Of a stretch of 64,000 nt of DNA, positions 47,659 through 60,149 are shown one piece after another. The position numbers and the translations under genes are program-made. The notes under the pieces are model-generated. The model did not search any database. It saw nothing but the letters and a program-made list of their open reading frames with translations, and was not told the origin of the DNA. Source of the stretch: Ginglymostoma cirratum. Lineage: Eukaryota. The stretch is from positions 693,627 through 757,626 of the forward strand of contig JAHRHZ010000150.1 in assembly GCA_024137785.1 (NCBI GenBank). The letters are read 5' to 3'. Numbering within the stretch: the first letter of the stretch is position 1; each line of letters starts with the position of its first letter.

Positions 47659-48629
47659 TGGGACTTGTTATCCATTTGCAGCCATTTGACCAGCATTGTG
47701 GAAACAACCTGTATCCACAGATTTTAACCAGACATGATTTCATTCAGTGCATAGTTCTTGTTTCCATATCCATTGGTCATACAACACTTGCAACACAGTG
47801 TTCGGTTCTGGCCTCCAAAATCCGCAATTATACCAGACTTAGACATGTGTGTAGATCTCAGTTTACTCTGAGTAGCCAACACTGCCAGCAATGAGCACAT
47901 CAGACAACGCTCCAGCAATATGACCGAGGACCTGTGCTGCAGAAAGAACCTTACCCCTGCCAAGCTGATCTCGTACAGTTACAATTGGGGCATGTAGGCA
48001 ACAATGTAGAAAAGTGAAACAAAAACAGAACATTTGCAAAGCTCAGCAGGTCTGACAGCATTTATGAAGAGAAGTCAGAGTTAACGCTTGGGGTCTGGTA
48101 ACCCTTCTGCAGGATGTGGAAAGGTGATCTGCTATGTTGTCTTCAGTAAAAGCAGGACAAATCCATCTTGGCCATTCATCACCCAATCGTCTTCTCTCGA
48201 TTAGTAGCATGTAACGGAAGAGGTCATTGACAGTGCACCCAAGATAGTCTTACAAGGATTGAAACTTCTGCATCAGGTCCTTAACACATTGTGTCCTTCT
48301 TCCAAAAGAACGGAACTCCAGGCATTAGCTAACTGCGACTGCCCTTCGATATAAAGGCAGCATTTGAGCATGGCAGCAAAGATCCCAATAAAGTGGGTTC
48401 TGGGTGAATCAGAGCGTAATTGTCCTCGCTGGTTGGAGTCATACCGAGAAGATAGGCCAAAAATTGTAGCCACTTTAAATCAACCATTGCAGGCCCACGA
48501 CTTCACTGCACTACCTCCTTGGAGTAGTGGACCCAATCATGTGCGGTTGCTGCATCAATGTTGTTCACTCCATCATAAACTGAAAAAGAATCACAGCTGG
48601 ATAGAGCAGATAGGGAGAAATTCATAACA

Positions 48630-49680
48630 GGAAGGAGAACATAGGTTTAAAGTGATGCAATTGTGAAACAAGGATGATGTGAGAAAAGAAGCTTGTTAAC
48701 AGAGCGAGTAGTTAGGGTGTGCAATGCACTGCCTGAAAAGTGGGAGAGGTGGAATCGATTCAAAAGTATTCAAGAGGGGCATTGGATAGTTATTTGCATA
48801 GAAATATGTGCAGGGATACGGGGAAAAGGCATGAGATTGGCATTAGGCGATAGGGTCGGTGCAGGAACAATGGGATGAATAGTCTCCTTCTGCACTGTTC
48901 CAATTTTAAGATACAGGAATGATTGCTGAAGCTTGTATAATCTTATGCACCATTCAGAACTATGGAGGTACTGAAGTGCAAGTCTGATGACCTTTACCAG
49001 TTAGAAGGACAAGGGCAGCAGATATTAGGGAACAACACTCTCTGCTACTTCCCCATCCAAGCTATTCACCATCCTGACTTGGAATTATATTGCCATTCCT
49101 TTAGTGCTGCTGTATCATCAACCCGAAACTCTACTTAGAATGCTATGAACAGTTTTAAGCTCTTTATCTAAGGGAAGATAAACAGGAACTGAAGGCAGTT
49201 TAGAGAAAGTACACTAGGTTGATTCCAGACTGGGAAGGATTGTCTTTTCAGGAGAAGTTGAGCAAATTGGACCTGTGCACATTTCAGTTTAGGAGGACAG
49301 CGTCCTAATTAAGACTTACAAGGTTCTTTGCACACTTGACAGGAAGATTTGGAAAGGTTGTTTCCCATTTTTGGGACAATTGAGGACCAGAGGGCCTAAT
49401 TTCAGAGTAATGAATTGTTCATTTAAGACATATATGAGAAGGACGGTAGTGAATCTTTGGAATTTTGTTTTTCCTGATGAGGGCCGTCCAGTCTGAGTCA
49501 TTAAACATATTCAGACTGAGATGAACAGATTTGTAATCAGGAAGAGAATCAATGGTTATGGGAAAGGGCAGGAAATTGGACTTGATCATTATCAGATCAA
49601 CCCTATCTCATTGAATGGCAGAGCAAACTCGATCAGCTGATTGGGCTACCTCTGCTCCTATGTCTTATCGACTTGTATTC
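48630..49680 (+). mobile_element. Cluster of old LINE 3' fragments (CR1 and CR1/L2-group)
   Basis: TERVVRVCNALP; TAGAAGGACAAGGGCAGCAGAT...ATTCACCATCCTGACTTGG; CR1 3' UTR ending CTACCTCTGCTCCTATGTCTTAT. Confidence 0.7.
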
Positions 49681-49758
49681 TTATGCAGCAATTTCAAAAC
49701 GCAACTTCAAAATGCCTCTATAATACATTTCATCTCATAAATGGTAGATTGCCACTTG

Positions 49759-49777
49759 TATCAGTAGGAGGCGCTGA
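49759..49777 (+). promoter_or_regulatory. Candidate CTCF-binding element
   Basis: TCAGTAGGAGGCGCTG against the core CCASYAGRKGGCRS, in non-repetitive DNA about 1.45 kb upstream of V11. Confidence 0.45.
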
Positions 49778-50045
49778 AGGCTTATTGAGATAGAGAGCCA
49801 AGACGCTTTGGACAGAGATTGATAACACAAGAACAACTCTAGCAGTATCATGGAGCAAATCTGCAGCCTCTTCACTGATTTTTCACTTTGGCTATTTCCA
49901 CAAATGACTTAAGATTGCTTGTTTACAGGGCCATGGTGCATGTCCTTCTTGTGATTGTCTAAAGTAGACGATTGTTTAATATTGAAGAGGATACCAAAAA
50001 TAGAAAGACAAAGGTGGGCGAGGAAAGGCATGAAAGGAAAGATTG

Positions 50046-50127
50046 AGATAACAAGGTGTGGAGCTGGATGAACACAGCAGGCCAAGCAGCATCATAGGAG
50101 CAGGAAAGCTTGACGTTTCGGGCCTAG
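50046..50127 (-). mobile_element. Penelope-like 3'/pLTR fragment, truncated within the hammerhead
   Basis: Reverse complement reads CTAGGCCCGAAACGTCAAGCTTTCCTGCTCCTATGATG...TTGTTATCT. Confidence 0.85.
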
Positions 50128-50254
50128 CCGCTTCGCGGTTTACCTGCAGAAGATATATAGTTAAATCTTGGCACATTTGTACTCCTGACAAAGACATAAT
50201 TTATTGGTGATCCCGAATGCGTCTAAATTGAATGTCTTTTCTCATACCATTTCA

Positions 50255-50700
50255 GAGATATATTCACCATAAGATTGGAATCACCTTGTTGAGATATATT
50301 CACTATAAGATTGGAATCACCGTGGAGAAAGTGTACAATCCTGCCCTTTTGCACATTGTGCAGGGTGCACACTCGTACCCCATTGTCCTTTGAAATTGTG
50401 CACACTCCTGCCCCATTACACATTGTAGATGTTGCACACCAGACCTTACACGTGCTGAACTTTATAGATATTGCGCACTGAACCTCTTTTACGGTGCCCA
50501 CTTCATCTTGTAAATGATGCACACGACACTTTGTATATGATGCACACTGGATTTTGTAGATGGTGCAAACTCTTGGCCCAGTGCAACTTATGGAAGATTC
50601 ACATCGTGTTTTGTATATGGTGTCCACTTCACCTTGTAGATGTTGTACAATGCACTTCGTAGATCGTGTACTCTGACCCTTGTAGATCGTACACTGATCC
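50255..50700. repeat. 36-bp-period direct repeat (2 copies) followed by a degenerate ~24-bp satellite
   Basis: GAGATATATTCACYATAAGATTGGAATCACC at 50255 and 50291, then recurring TTGTAGATG(G/T)TGCACAC. Confidence 0.75.
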
Positions 50701-51050
50701 AGGCTATTTTGAAAATTCCAAAGCAGACCTGCTTTATGCTTTACACATGTTGGACTGTAACTGTAGAGCCGAGCTCTTACTTCACTGTAGGATTCTCAAC
50801 GTCTCAGCCCTTATATAGCTATAGAATTGACATGGCTTTCTAACCCAGTTTCTGGTCAATAGAAGTTCCCACAATATTAACGAGCAAGCTGACTAACATT
50901 AAACGTCAAGGGGCGTTGGTTAGATCCTCCCTTTAGGAAAATGGTAATTTCTTGGCACTTGATGACTTTTGCTGGAGTAGTTGCATGAACACTTGATTTT
51001 TTTGGGGTGGACTGATGCCACTTCCGGGATTGGAGGTGGGGGTGTGGCGG

Positions 51051-51062
51051 GGAAGTGAGTCA
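51051..51062 (+). promoter_or_regulatory. V11 promoter ETS/AP-1 composite-like site
   Basis: GGAAGTGAGTCA about 165 bp upstream of ATG 51224, preceded by G-rich GT-box-like sequence. Confidence 0.5.
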
Positions 51063-51223
51063 GAGGTAGAGGTCGTGTTAGTTGCATTGAGACAATCTAC
51101 AGAGCAGTAGCAGCGTGCAGCATTTTTGCCTTCCTGATAAAAAGGCTTAATAAGTCAGAACCAGGACAAGATCAAATCCTGAACTGCAAAGGGAGTCTCT
51201 GCTGAATTAAACCTTGCTGGAGG

Positions 51224-51976
51224 ATGCTTTCGAGTTTATTGCAGTTTACAGTTCTCGTACTGATTCCATGTAAGAATCGATAATATAGAACAATAAACTT
51301 ACATTATCCTTAGTTATAAAAAATGTCTTACTTTTACATTGAGAAATCGTAGATGGTTTGAAACATCCGCAGTGAAATTACCTCAGCATTGTAGTGCGTC
51401 CAAATTGTGTATCTATATTTTACGTAAATTGAAAGGCTTGCTTAATATAAAGTCTTCTTTAAGTTTTTTAAGTTGCATTTCTTTCACTGGATAAAGGCGT
51501 CTTTTGCAAGAAAATAATTTCTCAACGACTTTGTAGCTTGTCCGTATTAACGAGGTTATCGCTGAGTTTATTAACCCGGAAGTACACGCTCCATGATCTA
51601 AAAGCGGGACGAGTCTGGGTGTCTGACTGCGAATGAATCCATTGATCTGCTTATCCGACTTTTGCAGGCAGTGTCCAGGGAGATCTGCCGTATCAGTGGC
51701 CTCGCCAGGTCGTCTCTGAAGAAGGGAAATCGGTTGAGTTCCATTGCTATCAAAATGGAACAGTCCGGGACAACATGGTCTGGTACCAACAGAGACCTGG
51801 GCAGGCACTCACATTAGTTGGGTACTTTTACAGTGGCGGAAAGCCTGAGTATGGAGAGGGGTTCAAAAATGGATTTGACATCAGCCGGACCAACAATGAC
51901 AGAATGTCAAAGCTCAAGGTGGAGAGAGTGCTGTTAAAGGACACGGCGATCTATCACTGCGGGACTGGAGATAGGG
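51224..51976 (+). CDS. TRBV: TCR beta V segment V11 (family 2), intact; leader 51224-51269, V exon 51668-51976
   Basis: MLSSLLQFTVLVLIP-C-SVQGDLPYQWPRQVVSEEGKSVEFHCYQNGTVRDNMVWYQQRPGQALTLVGYFYSGGKPEYGEGFKNGFDISRTNNDRMSKLKVERVLLKDTAIYHCGTGDR. Donor GTAAG at 51270; acceptor TTTGCAG ending at 51667. Confidence 0.9.
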
Positions 51977-52015
51977 CACAGAGCTACAAACTCATCTGGC
52001 ACCGTGACAAAAAGA
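51977..52015 (+). other. 23-RSS of V11
   Basis: CACAGAG, 23 bp, ACAAAAAGA. Confidence 0.92.
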
Positions 52016-52569
52016 AACCACTGCAGAAAATCAACCCAGATCTACTTCCTTCGTTTCAAGTCACCAGGTTTCAGTCGCCTACGCTTCGATTTAAAACTTG
52101 TCCTAAAACAAAACAAATCAAAACTGTTTCCAGGGATGAGAAACGTAATTAATGAGAATAGATTGAAGAATTTGGGACTGTTCCCTTTGGAAAGAAGAAA
52201 GCTGAACGGAGATCTAATAGCATTTTACATTGGTGGAAACTGATGAAAAAAATAAATTGTTAATTTCCAATCTGTGACTTAGGTTTTTGTGATCCAAAAG
52301 GCATGAAAAAATATGAATTGAGTTCACGTTCCATGTCTGAATGTGGGAGAAAGGGGCATGCGTTAAGGTATAGATCAGTCACATTCTTATGGTGCAGCGT
52401 GATAAAGAACGAACACCCTCGCTCCTAATTCCGTGCTCGACTTGACAATGTTTTCTTTTCATAAAAGTAGCATTCTTTCAGAGGATATTTTTGGTGACTT
52501 TGCTTAACTTCCTTATCCACTTTAATAACCACCCTCCACTCCCCACCTTTCCATTAATCATGGCATGTA

Positions 52570-53890
52570 GAAGAATTTCTAACAACTCTCCTGAACAGTC
52601 TAGCCCTAATCCTTAGACTGCTCCAGTGGAAATGGTTTATCTTTATTTAACATGTCTTTCCCTGTTAATATCCTGAAGACTTCGAATCGATCACCACCTC
52701 AATCTTCTAAGTTCTTGATAATAGAAGCCGAATTTGTCTAATCTCGCCTCATAACTAAAGCGCTAAAATCCGGGTATCATTCTTTTAAACCTGTGTTGAA
52801 CTCCCATCAAGGCCATGACATCCTTCCTATGGTGTGGTGCCCAGGTCTGCTTACCGTACTCAAGTGGGGTCTAACAAAGGTTTTCTATAACTGCAGCAAA
52901 CAACCTGAATCCTTACATTGTAGCATTTTAGATATGAAGGCCAGCATTCCGAAACCTCTTGGCTATTTTGTGCACCTATTTGTGGCATTTTAAAAACAAA
53001 GCTGTGTCCTGAACTCTTGTTGGACATTCACTGTATTTAAATTTGTGCCTTCTAAAACATACCTTGATCTGTGCATTGTTTTCTGAATGTAATGGATCGC
53101 CTCACACTTGCTTTTATTAAAATCCATCTGTCACTTTTCTTTTCCCATTCAACTAATCTATTGATATCCTATTGGAATTTTGTACTGCCATTAAAACTGT
53201 CAGACACAACTGCCCAATTTGTGTCATCAGCAAATTTGGATATGAGAGGTTTTATGCCATTATAAAATTCGCTAATCAATATTGCGAATACTTGAGCCCC
53301 CAAGACGGATCTTTGTGTGACACCACTACTTGTGCGCTATCAATTTGAGCAATTACACATTATTCAGACTCACATTTTCCTGTCACTCAACCATTTTCCT
53401 GACCATGTCAGTAATTTATCCTCAGTTCTGTGGGATTCCACCTTTACTAACTATCTCTTGTGTGGGACCTTACCAAAGGCCTTCTGAAAGTCCCCACAAA
53501 CAACATCCATCGATTTACCTCTGTCCACCACCTTTGTCACCTCATCTGTTTGATGCTTGTCAGGCACCGACCTACCCTTCATGAATCTATGATGACACTC
53601 CCTGATCAACTGAAACTTTTGGAGGTGATCAGTTACCCTATACATGGCAACGAACTCCAAAAAAGTCCCCATCACAGATATTATGTTAACTGGCCTCTAA
53701 TTACTGATTTCTCTCTGTCACCCTTCCTAAAGAGTGGGATCAGATGAGCAAATTTCCAATTCAGAAAAAACTGAATCCACAGAAATCTGAAAGATTTTGG
53801 TTAGAGAATCGACAATGTGTTTTCCTACCTCTCTTGACACCCATGGATGGAAACCATCAGGATTTGAGGACTTGTCCGTCCTCAGTTCCT
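52570..53890 (-). mobile_element. Old CR1-type LINE fragment
   Basis: HRFMKGRS...DVVCGDFQKAFGKVPHKR and GTGTCATCAGCAAATTTGG (reverse complement of SKFADDT). Confidence 0.8.
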
Positions 53891-54340
53891 TAGAGAGACC
53901 ACATCCAAAGCACTGAGTGAAGACATTGTGTTCGTATATACCTTGGTTATAATATATCTGTAGTATTGATTCTGATCCTGGTCTTCATATTCCATGGTTT
54001 TATCACACTAGAACTATTGCCCTGGGCTGCACTTGATGCTAAACACTTATGTCTGCCTGTTAAATCTATGATGTACTTCCTCTCACTCTTGAGCATTCCT
54101 TCTCCATTTTGTGCATAAGGTGCCTTCTCAGTACACAGTAAGTATCATCGCTGGATTTTGACATCGAACTTTGCAGTTTTATGCTCTTTCTACTGCAAAC
54201 TATTTATCTTGGTTTGGGTACAGAATTGGCACTGGGCTTGAGGGTGGTGGAGGAGTTTACTTGTAGGAGCAGGATTCAAACCAGTGGCGTTTTCACTCAG
54301 ATACAATGAGTGCTAACACATAAGCTAAAGCAAGCATTTC

Positions 54341-56160
54341 TGTTCTGCACTCTGTGGAGGTACTGTGTCTTTAAGAGAGATGCATCCTGTTCTATTTCTC
54401 TTGCAGAGACGTGTTGCCACAGTGGTACTGCAATGTCACTTTCAGACAGGCAGTTGATAAACAACTTTTGAGTTCACTCTGGGAATTTCTTTGCAATAAG
54501 ACAAAATAAACATCAATGGATGGGATGAGATCTCACACAGACCCAGGAAGGTATTTAATTATTTTTTTCAGTTAGTGACAAGTTTTCTCTGGCTGGCTGC
54601 TGTAACTGGCATCTCTCTCTCTGTGTGCTGAGTGGGAAGACAGCACCTGAGAACAAAGAACAAAGAACAAAGAAAATTACAGCACAGAAACAGGCCCTTC
54701 GACCCTCCAAGCCTGCGCCGATCCAGATCCTCTATCTAAACCTGTCGCCTATTTTCCAAGGATCTGTATCCCTCTGCTCCCCGCCCCATTCATGTATCTG
54801 TCTAGATACATCTTAAATGATGCTATCGTGTCCGCCTCTACCACCTCCGCTGACAACGCATTCCAGGCACCCACCACCCTCTGCATAAAGAACTTTCCAT
54901 GTATGTCTCCCTTAACCTTTTCCCCTCTCACTTTGAAATCGTGACCCCTAGTAATTGAGTCCTCCACTCTGGGAAAAGGCTTCTTGCTACCCACTCTGTC
55001 TATATCTTTCATGATTTTGTAGATCTCAATCAGGTCCCCCTTCAACCTCCGTCTTTCTAATGTAAATAATCCTAATCTACTCAACCTCTCTTCATAGCTA
55101 GCGCCCTCCATACCAGGCAACATCCTGGTGAACCTCCTCTGCACCTTCTCCAAAGCATCCACATCCTTTTGGTAATGTGGCGACCAGAACTGTACGCCGT
55201 ATTCCAAATGTGGTCAAACTAAAGTCCTATACAACTGTAACATGACCTGCCAACTCTTATACTCAATAACCTGTCCGATGAATGAAAGCATGCCATATGC
55301 CTTCTTGACCACTCTATCAACCTGCGTTGCCATGTTCAGGGTACAATGGACCTGAACACCCAGATCCCTCTGTGCATCAATTTTCTCCAGGGCTTTTCCA
55401 TTTACCGTATAGTTCGCTCTTGAACTGGATCTTCCAAATGCATCATCTCGCATTTGCCTGGATTGAACTCCATCTGCCATTTCTCCGCCCAACTCACCAA
55501 TCTATCTATATTCTGCTGCATTCTCTGACAGTCCCCTTCACTATCTGTTACTCTACCAATCTTGGTGTCATCTGCAAACTTGCTAATCAGACCATCTATA
55601 CCTTCCTCCAGATCATTTATGTATATCACAAACAACATTGGTCCCACCACGGATCCCTGTGGAACACAACTGGTCACAGTTCTCCATTTTGAGAAACTCC
55701 CTTCCACTGAAACTCTCTGTCTCCTGTTACCCAGCCAGTTCTCTATCCATCTAACTAGTACACTCTGGACACCATGCGACTTCACTTTCTCCATCAGCCT
55801 ACCATGGGGAACCATGAGAGTAAAACTGAGTTGATAAATTGCCTCACGAAGGGTACATTTGTGAGATGCTGCCTATACTGGAACAGTTGATGATTTGTGG
55901 TTAAAAAAATTATCTTGTTAAGTATTTCAATGAAGTTACGCCCGTTTGTTCTATCATCTGTATTTTACCTGTGGTGTAATTCTGAAGTGTGCTTTGATTA
56001 AAGAGCCGTGGTAGACCAATCTAATTACATATGGCAACAGAGCACCTTACAGCTGCCTTTAAATAAGTATAAAAGCTTGGGTGTAGGATATATCCTCAGA
56101 ATTTGTTTTCCTTTTGGTGTGGTGGTGGTGGGGTGTTGGGTGTCTGATCTGATCCATAGC
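54341..56160. mobile_element. Possible solo LTR interrupted by a CR1
   Basis: TGTT...GATCCATAGCA ends and LTR-like internal composition on both sides of the CR1. No TSD found. Confidence 0.3.
54651..55812 (-). mobile_element. Relatively young 5'-truncated CR1 LINE
   Basis: VPHGRLMEKV...VPQGSVVGPMLFVIYINDL...FADDTKIG; EYGVQFWSPHYQKD...QRVVGAWNAL; (GAACAAA)n tail; possible TSD TGAGA. Confidence 0.93.
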
Positions 56161-58621
56161 AAGATCTTCCAATGTCAATGGGTGTACTCCCAGGTGTCGT
56201 ACCTAGCATCGCTCTGCATTACTGCACGTGTGGGTTACTCAGAGTTTATTTTAGTGAAACCTGGAAATGCCTTGTCGTCTAGTCATCTGAACAATTAATA
56301 TTAGACTAACTACACTTGCCTTCAAGATAGAATTTAAGTGATTGTAATAATAAGGTGCCCTTGAAAGAATTGAATTAAAATAGCTGTCATGGAGGGAATG
56401 GTTGTGGTTTATACACAAAACATCTGAGCACAAAATATACATGCAGCAGTTATTCAGGCTAGTGCTGTAGTCCCACATCGCATAAAAATAAACAGATTTT
56501 TCACCCATGACCTCCTCGCCTTTGTGAATTCGATTTCATTGCATGGAGAAAGGTCACTTGGATCATTCAGTTTACACAGAAGTAAGAAGAGCTGCCAGTC
56601 TACTTGCACTTTCCAATATTGAATTTATAACCCTGGTAGCTACTTTCCTAAAGACGCATATTCAAACACATTTTCAATGAGTTGAAGAGTTCTACCTCGT
56701 CAGGCAATGAGTTCCAGACCAATGACCGCCATCTAATGAGTTATATTTTCCACGTATCTCTCACAGTATTTGTGCAAAACACTTTTAATTCATTATTCCT
56801 CTTTATTAATATTTCTGCTAAAGTAAGGAGGCGTTTTGCACACCCACTTACTTCAGCATCAGCATTAGTTTTGTACACCACATCCAACTACCTCCTACTA
56901 ACCTCCTCTTTGATCAGCCACGACCATAGTGAATGGTAGAGGGGGTCTCGGGACTGAATGGCCTAAGCGAGCACAAATTTTCTATGTTTCCAAGGAGGAA
57001 CACATTAGTCAACGTAATATTTCCTCTTGGCAGCATTACCCAATGCTCGAAACATCTTTGTTCATCTTCTCAAGATATAGACAGGAAAGGACGGGATAGA
57101 TAAATTATTTCCACTGGTGTGCGATTATTGAACGTTGGTACCGTTTACGAATTCGGTCCAAACCATCTAGGAGGTATTTAGAACACATTTCTACACATGA
57201 GGTATGGTAGAGATTTCGAACTCTTTTCAAAAATGACAGTTGTGATCTTCATTTATGAATTTCAAATTTGATACAGATAAACGTTTATTAAGCAAAAGTA
57301 TTAAGAGATAATAGTCAAAGTGAAATAAATGGTGTTAGGCCACAGAACAGTCATGATCTCATTGCATGGTGGAATAGACTCGAAGGGCTCAATAGCCTAC
57401 TTTTGTTCCCATTTCTATGTCCTGTGACCATTACCTTCTTAAGGACTTTTAGGGATGAGCAATAAATGCTGGCCAAACCAAATCCCAGGAACAAACGAAA
57501 CAAAACTGTGTCAATCACGTCGTACTTTGGTTCACTTGTATTAAACACTGCATTTAACGTCTCTAATTTTTGCAATGCTGCCTTCCAATCACTTACATTT
57601 CCACAAGGCAGATGCATGGCTTTACGAATTTATACAATAAATTTCAAAGTGACCATAAAATCCATGGCTCTTAACTGTAGGGATAAGAAAGAGACAGCTA
57701 ATATTGACACAAATTCCACACCAAGCCACCAAATGAGGGGCAGCGGCAGTAACAATGCAGTATGTGGAGGAGGAGCTGATCTCGAGCATGTAGAGATGGC
57801 GATAGATTGCAGAATCCTGCTGTGAACTGCCTATGTATGCCTACTGCTTCTCATGCTCCCAGAGTATGGTTCACAATTGTTGAGAGATGTAAATTCTGGC
57901 GGCTAAAGGAACAGCGAGATCGCCTTGAGGATTACCAGTTGTCGTTCCGCAGTCGTGTAGCTTGCTATGGCCAGTTACGTTGGGAGCTGCTGAAGCAATC
58001 CCTCAAATGGCAATCTGCGCAGTAGAATGGACGAGTAGCTCTTGTAGCACAATGATAGTGGCCTCCTTCTGAGCCCAGAGACCCGGGTTCGTGACTTATT
58101 AGCTCCAGGGAGTTGTCATAACATCCCTGAGCAGGTTAATATAAAGATTTGGTAATTTCTTATTTGCAAAATATCGACAAGACAATAGGCCCGTTCTAAA
58201 CGAGCGTTACTGGACCCGAAACAATTACTCTACTTTCATTCTTCACAGATGCTGTAGGTTTTCTCCAGCATTTTCTGTTTTTGGTTGGAAATAAAATGGG
58301 GGGGGGGGGTGTATCGGGGGAGAAGAGTCAACTTGGAAACTTCATCCCAAGTGTTGACACAGGCAAGATTGATTCTGCCGCCTCCCTGAGAAGTGATGCT
58401 TTTTATGTGTGCTGGTAATTGCCAACTGTCCACCGCCTACCTTGCAAAAACACAATCTGTTTTTTTAACCTGCCCAACCTATGAATGGACTCCAGACTCA
58501 TGTTCACCTTTGTGATGGTGGTGGGCAATATTAATCTAATTGCACGTGGTGGCAGGTCAAGGTATTTCAATGACCAAACATGTCGAGAGACCAGCAACTG
58601 CGTTCAGTCGGGGATCCGGGG

Positions 58622-59064
58622 ATGCACACTGTTTTCATCGGCTCAGCTGCTGTGCTTGGAATATTTGGCACGAAGTGTTTCGTTTCTTTCTCTCTACCTA
58701 CATTGCGTAAGTTCCTATTTCACACTAAACCGTATCGATTTTCTCTCTGTCTTGATCCCTCAGCAAGTTGGTGAAGCACCCTCATCTCCCAATGGTGACA
58801 GCGAGTGACTGTACAAAAGGGGAAGACAGTGGAGATACACTGCTACGAAAACGACACGAACGAGAGCTACATGTACTGGCATAGCAAGCACAGTGGAGCA
58901 GACCTGCAGCTCATAGCAAACTCTGTTACTGGTTTAATCCCACGCCTGAGGACGGTTTCAAGGAGGAGCTTGATGTCACTGGAACCAGTCAGAAGTCATG
59001 CAGCCTGAAAATACTGACCTTGCAACAGCATAATATAACAGTTTATTACTGTGCTGCTAGTGAT
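58622..59064 (+). pseudogene. TRBV: TRBV pseudogene V12 (family 3)
   Basis: Leader 58622-58667 MHTVFIGSAAVLGIF with a GC donor. V exon 58764-59064 SW*STLISQW*QRVTVQKGKTVEIHCYENDTNESYMYWH...(frameshift)...SCSLKILTLQQHNITVYYCAASD. RSS CACCGCG (59065), 22 bp, CCAAAAACC (59094-59102). Confidence 0.9.
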
Positions 59065-59274
59065 CACCGCGATTCAACAGGTTTGGAGCTGAACCAAAAA
59101 CCTACCAACCTGATACACCTTGAGCCGAGAAATTGGGAAAGCACCACTGCTATGTTTCATCAAGTTGGTCATTGATGTACATTTCCCTGTCATCCAACAT
59201 AACCTCCTGAGTGACCAAAATAATTATCCAGCCTCCCAGGAGTGAGTCATGGAGATCTACAGCATTGAAATTTG

Positions 59275-59625
59275 GGGGAGCTGATGGCCTAGGCGTATTA
59301 TTGCTAGACTATTAATCCAGAAACCCAGATAACGTTCTGAGGACCAGATTCAAATCCGGCCACGGCAGGTGGTGGAATTTGAATTCAATATAAATCGGGA
59401 ATTAAGAATCTAATGATGATCATGAATCAGTTGTCCGGAAAAACCCATCTGGTTCACTAATGTCTTGAGGGAAGGAAACTGCTATCCCTACCTGGACTGT
59501 CCTACATGTAGCTCCAGACCCACAAAAATGTGTTTGATTCTTAACTGTCCTCTGGGCAATTAGGGATGGGCAATAAATGCTACCTAGCCAAACACATCAC
59601 TCTTCTCTTGAATGAATGAAAAAAG
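59275..59625 (+). mobile_element. tRNA-derived SINE (SacSINE1/DeuSINE-like), near full length
   Basis: Head GATGGCCTAG...GATTCAAATCC, core GGTGGAATTTGAATTCAAT...AACCCATCTGGTTCACTAATGTC, tail GGGCAATTAGGGATGGGCAATAAATGC...GAATGAATG. Confidence 0.8.
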
Positions 59626-60149
59626 GGTTGGCTCTTTAGCCCATCAAATATGCTCAGGTTGAAAAGAAACACCTAACTATTCGTAATCCCATTTTCCACT
59701 ACTTGGCTAGTACGTTCCATTATTGTCACCATTGCAGCCAATGAGCTACAGATACCCACCATTTTCTTGGTGAAAAGTTTTCCCTCACATCTTCTTTAAA
59801 CCTCCTGCCTCTTATCTTAAGTAAATGCCCACACTGCCCACGTTATTGACCGAGAACATGATATTTGTGATTGTACTATCCTTTGAAATTTCCAGCCTTC
59901 TCCACCTCCCCTCTGTGCACCTGGCTTACCATTACGGTTCAAAAATTGAATCATTTCTAAAAGACTCCCAGAGAGTGGTGGAAATATGGAATGTTATGTC
60001 TGGGAGGGTTGTTCAGTTGGAAACCCTCCCTTAAATCTATACCCCTGATAATTGATCCATCCATCAGTGGAAAGCTTTCTTCCCCTCTATGTCCTTCATA
60101 ATTTCATAAGCCTCAATCGTGTCCCCCTTCAGCTTCTTCGTTGCAAGGA

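Noticed and set aside
46051-58290. Older Penelope pLTR-like remnants (~46051-46170, ~48015-48110, ~58195-58290) as hammerhead ribozymes
   Set aside because: The catalytic boxes are mutated, so they are only decayed repeats.
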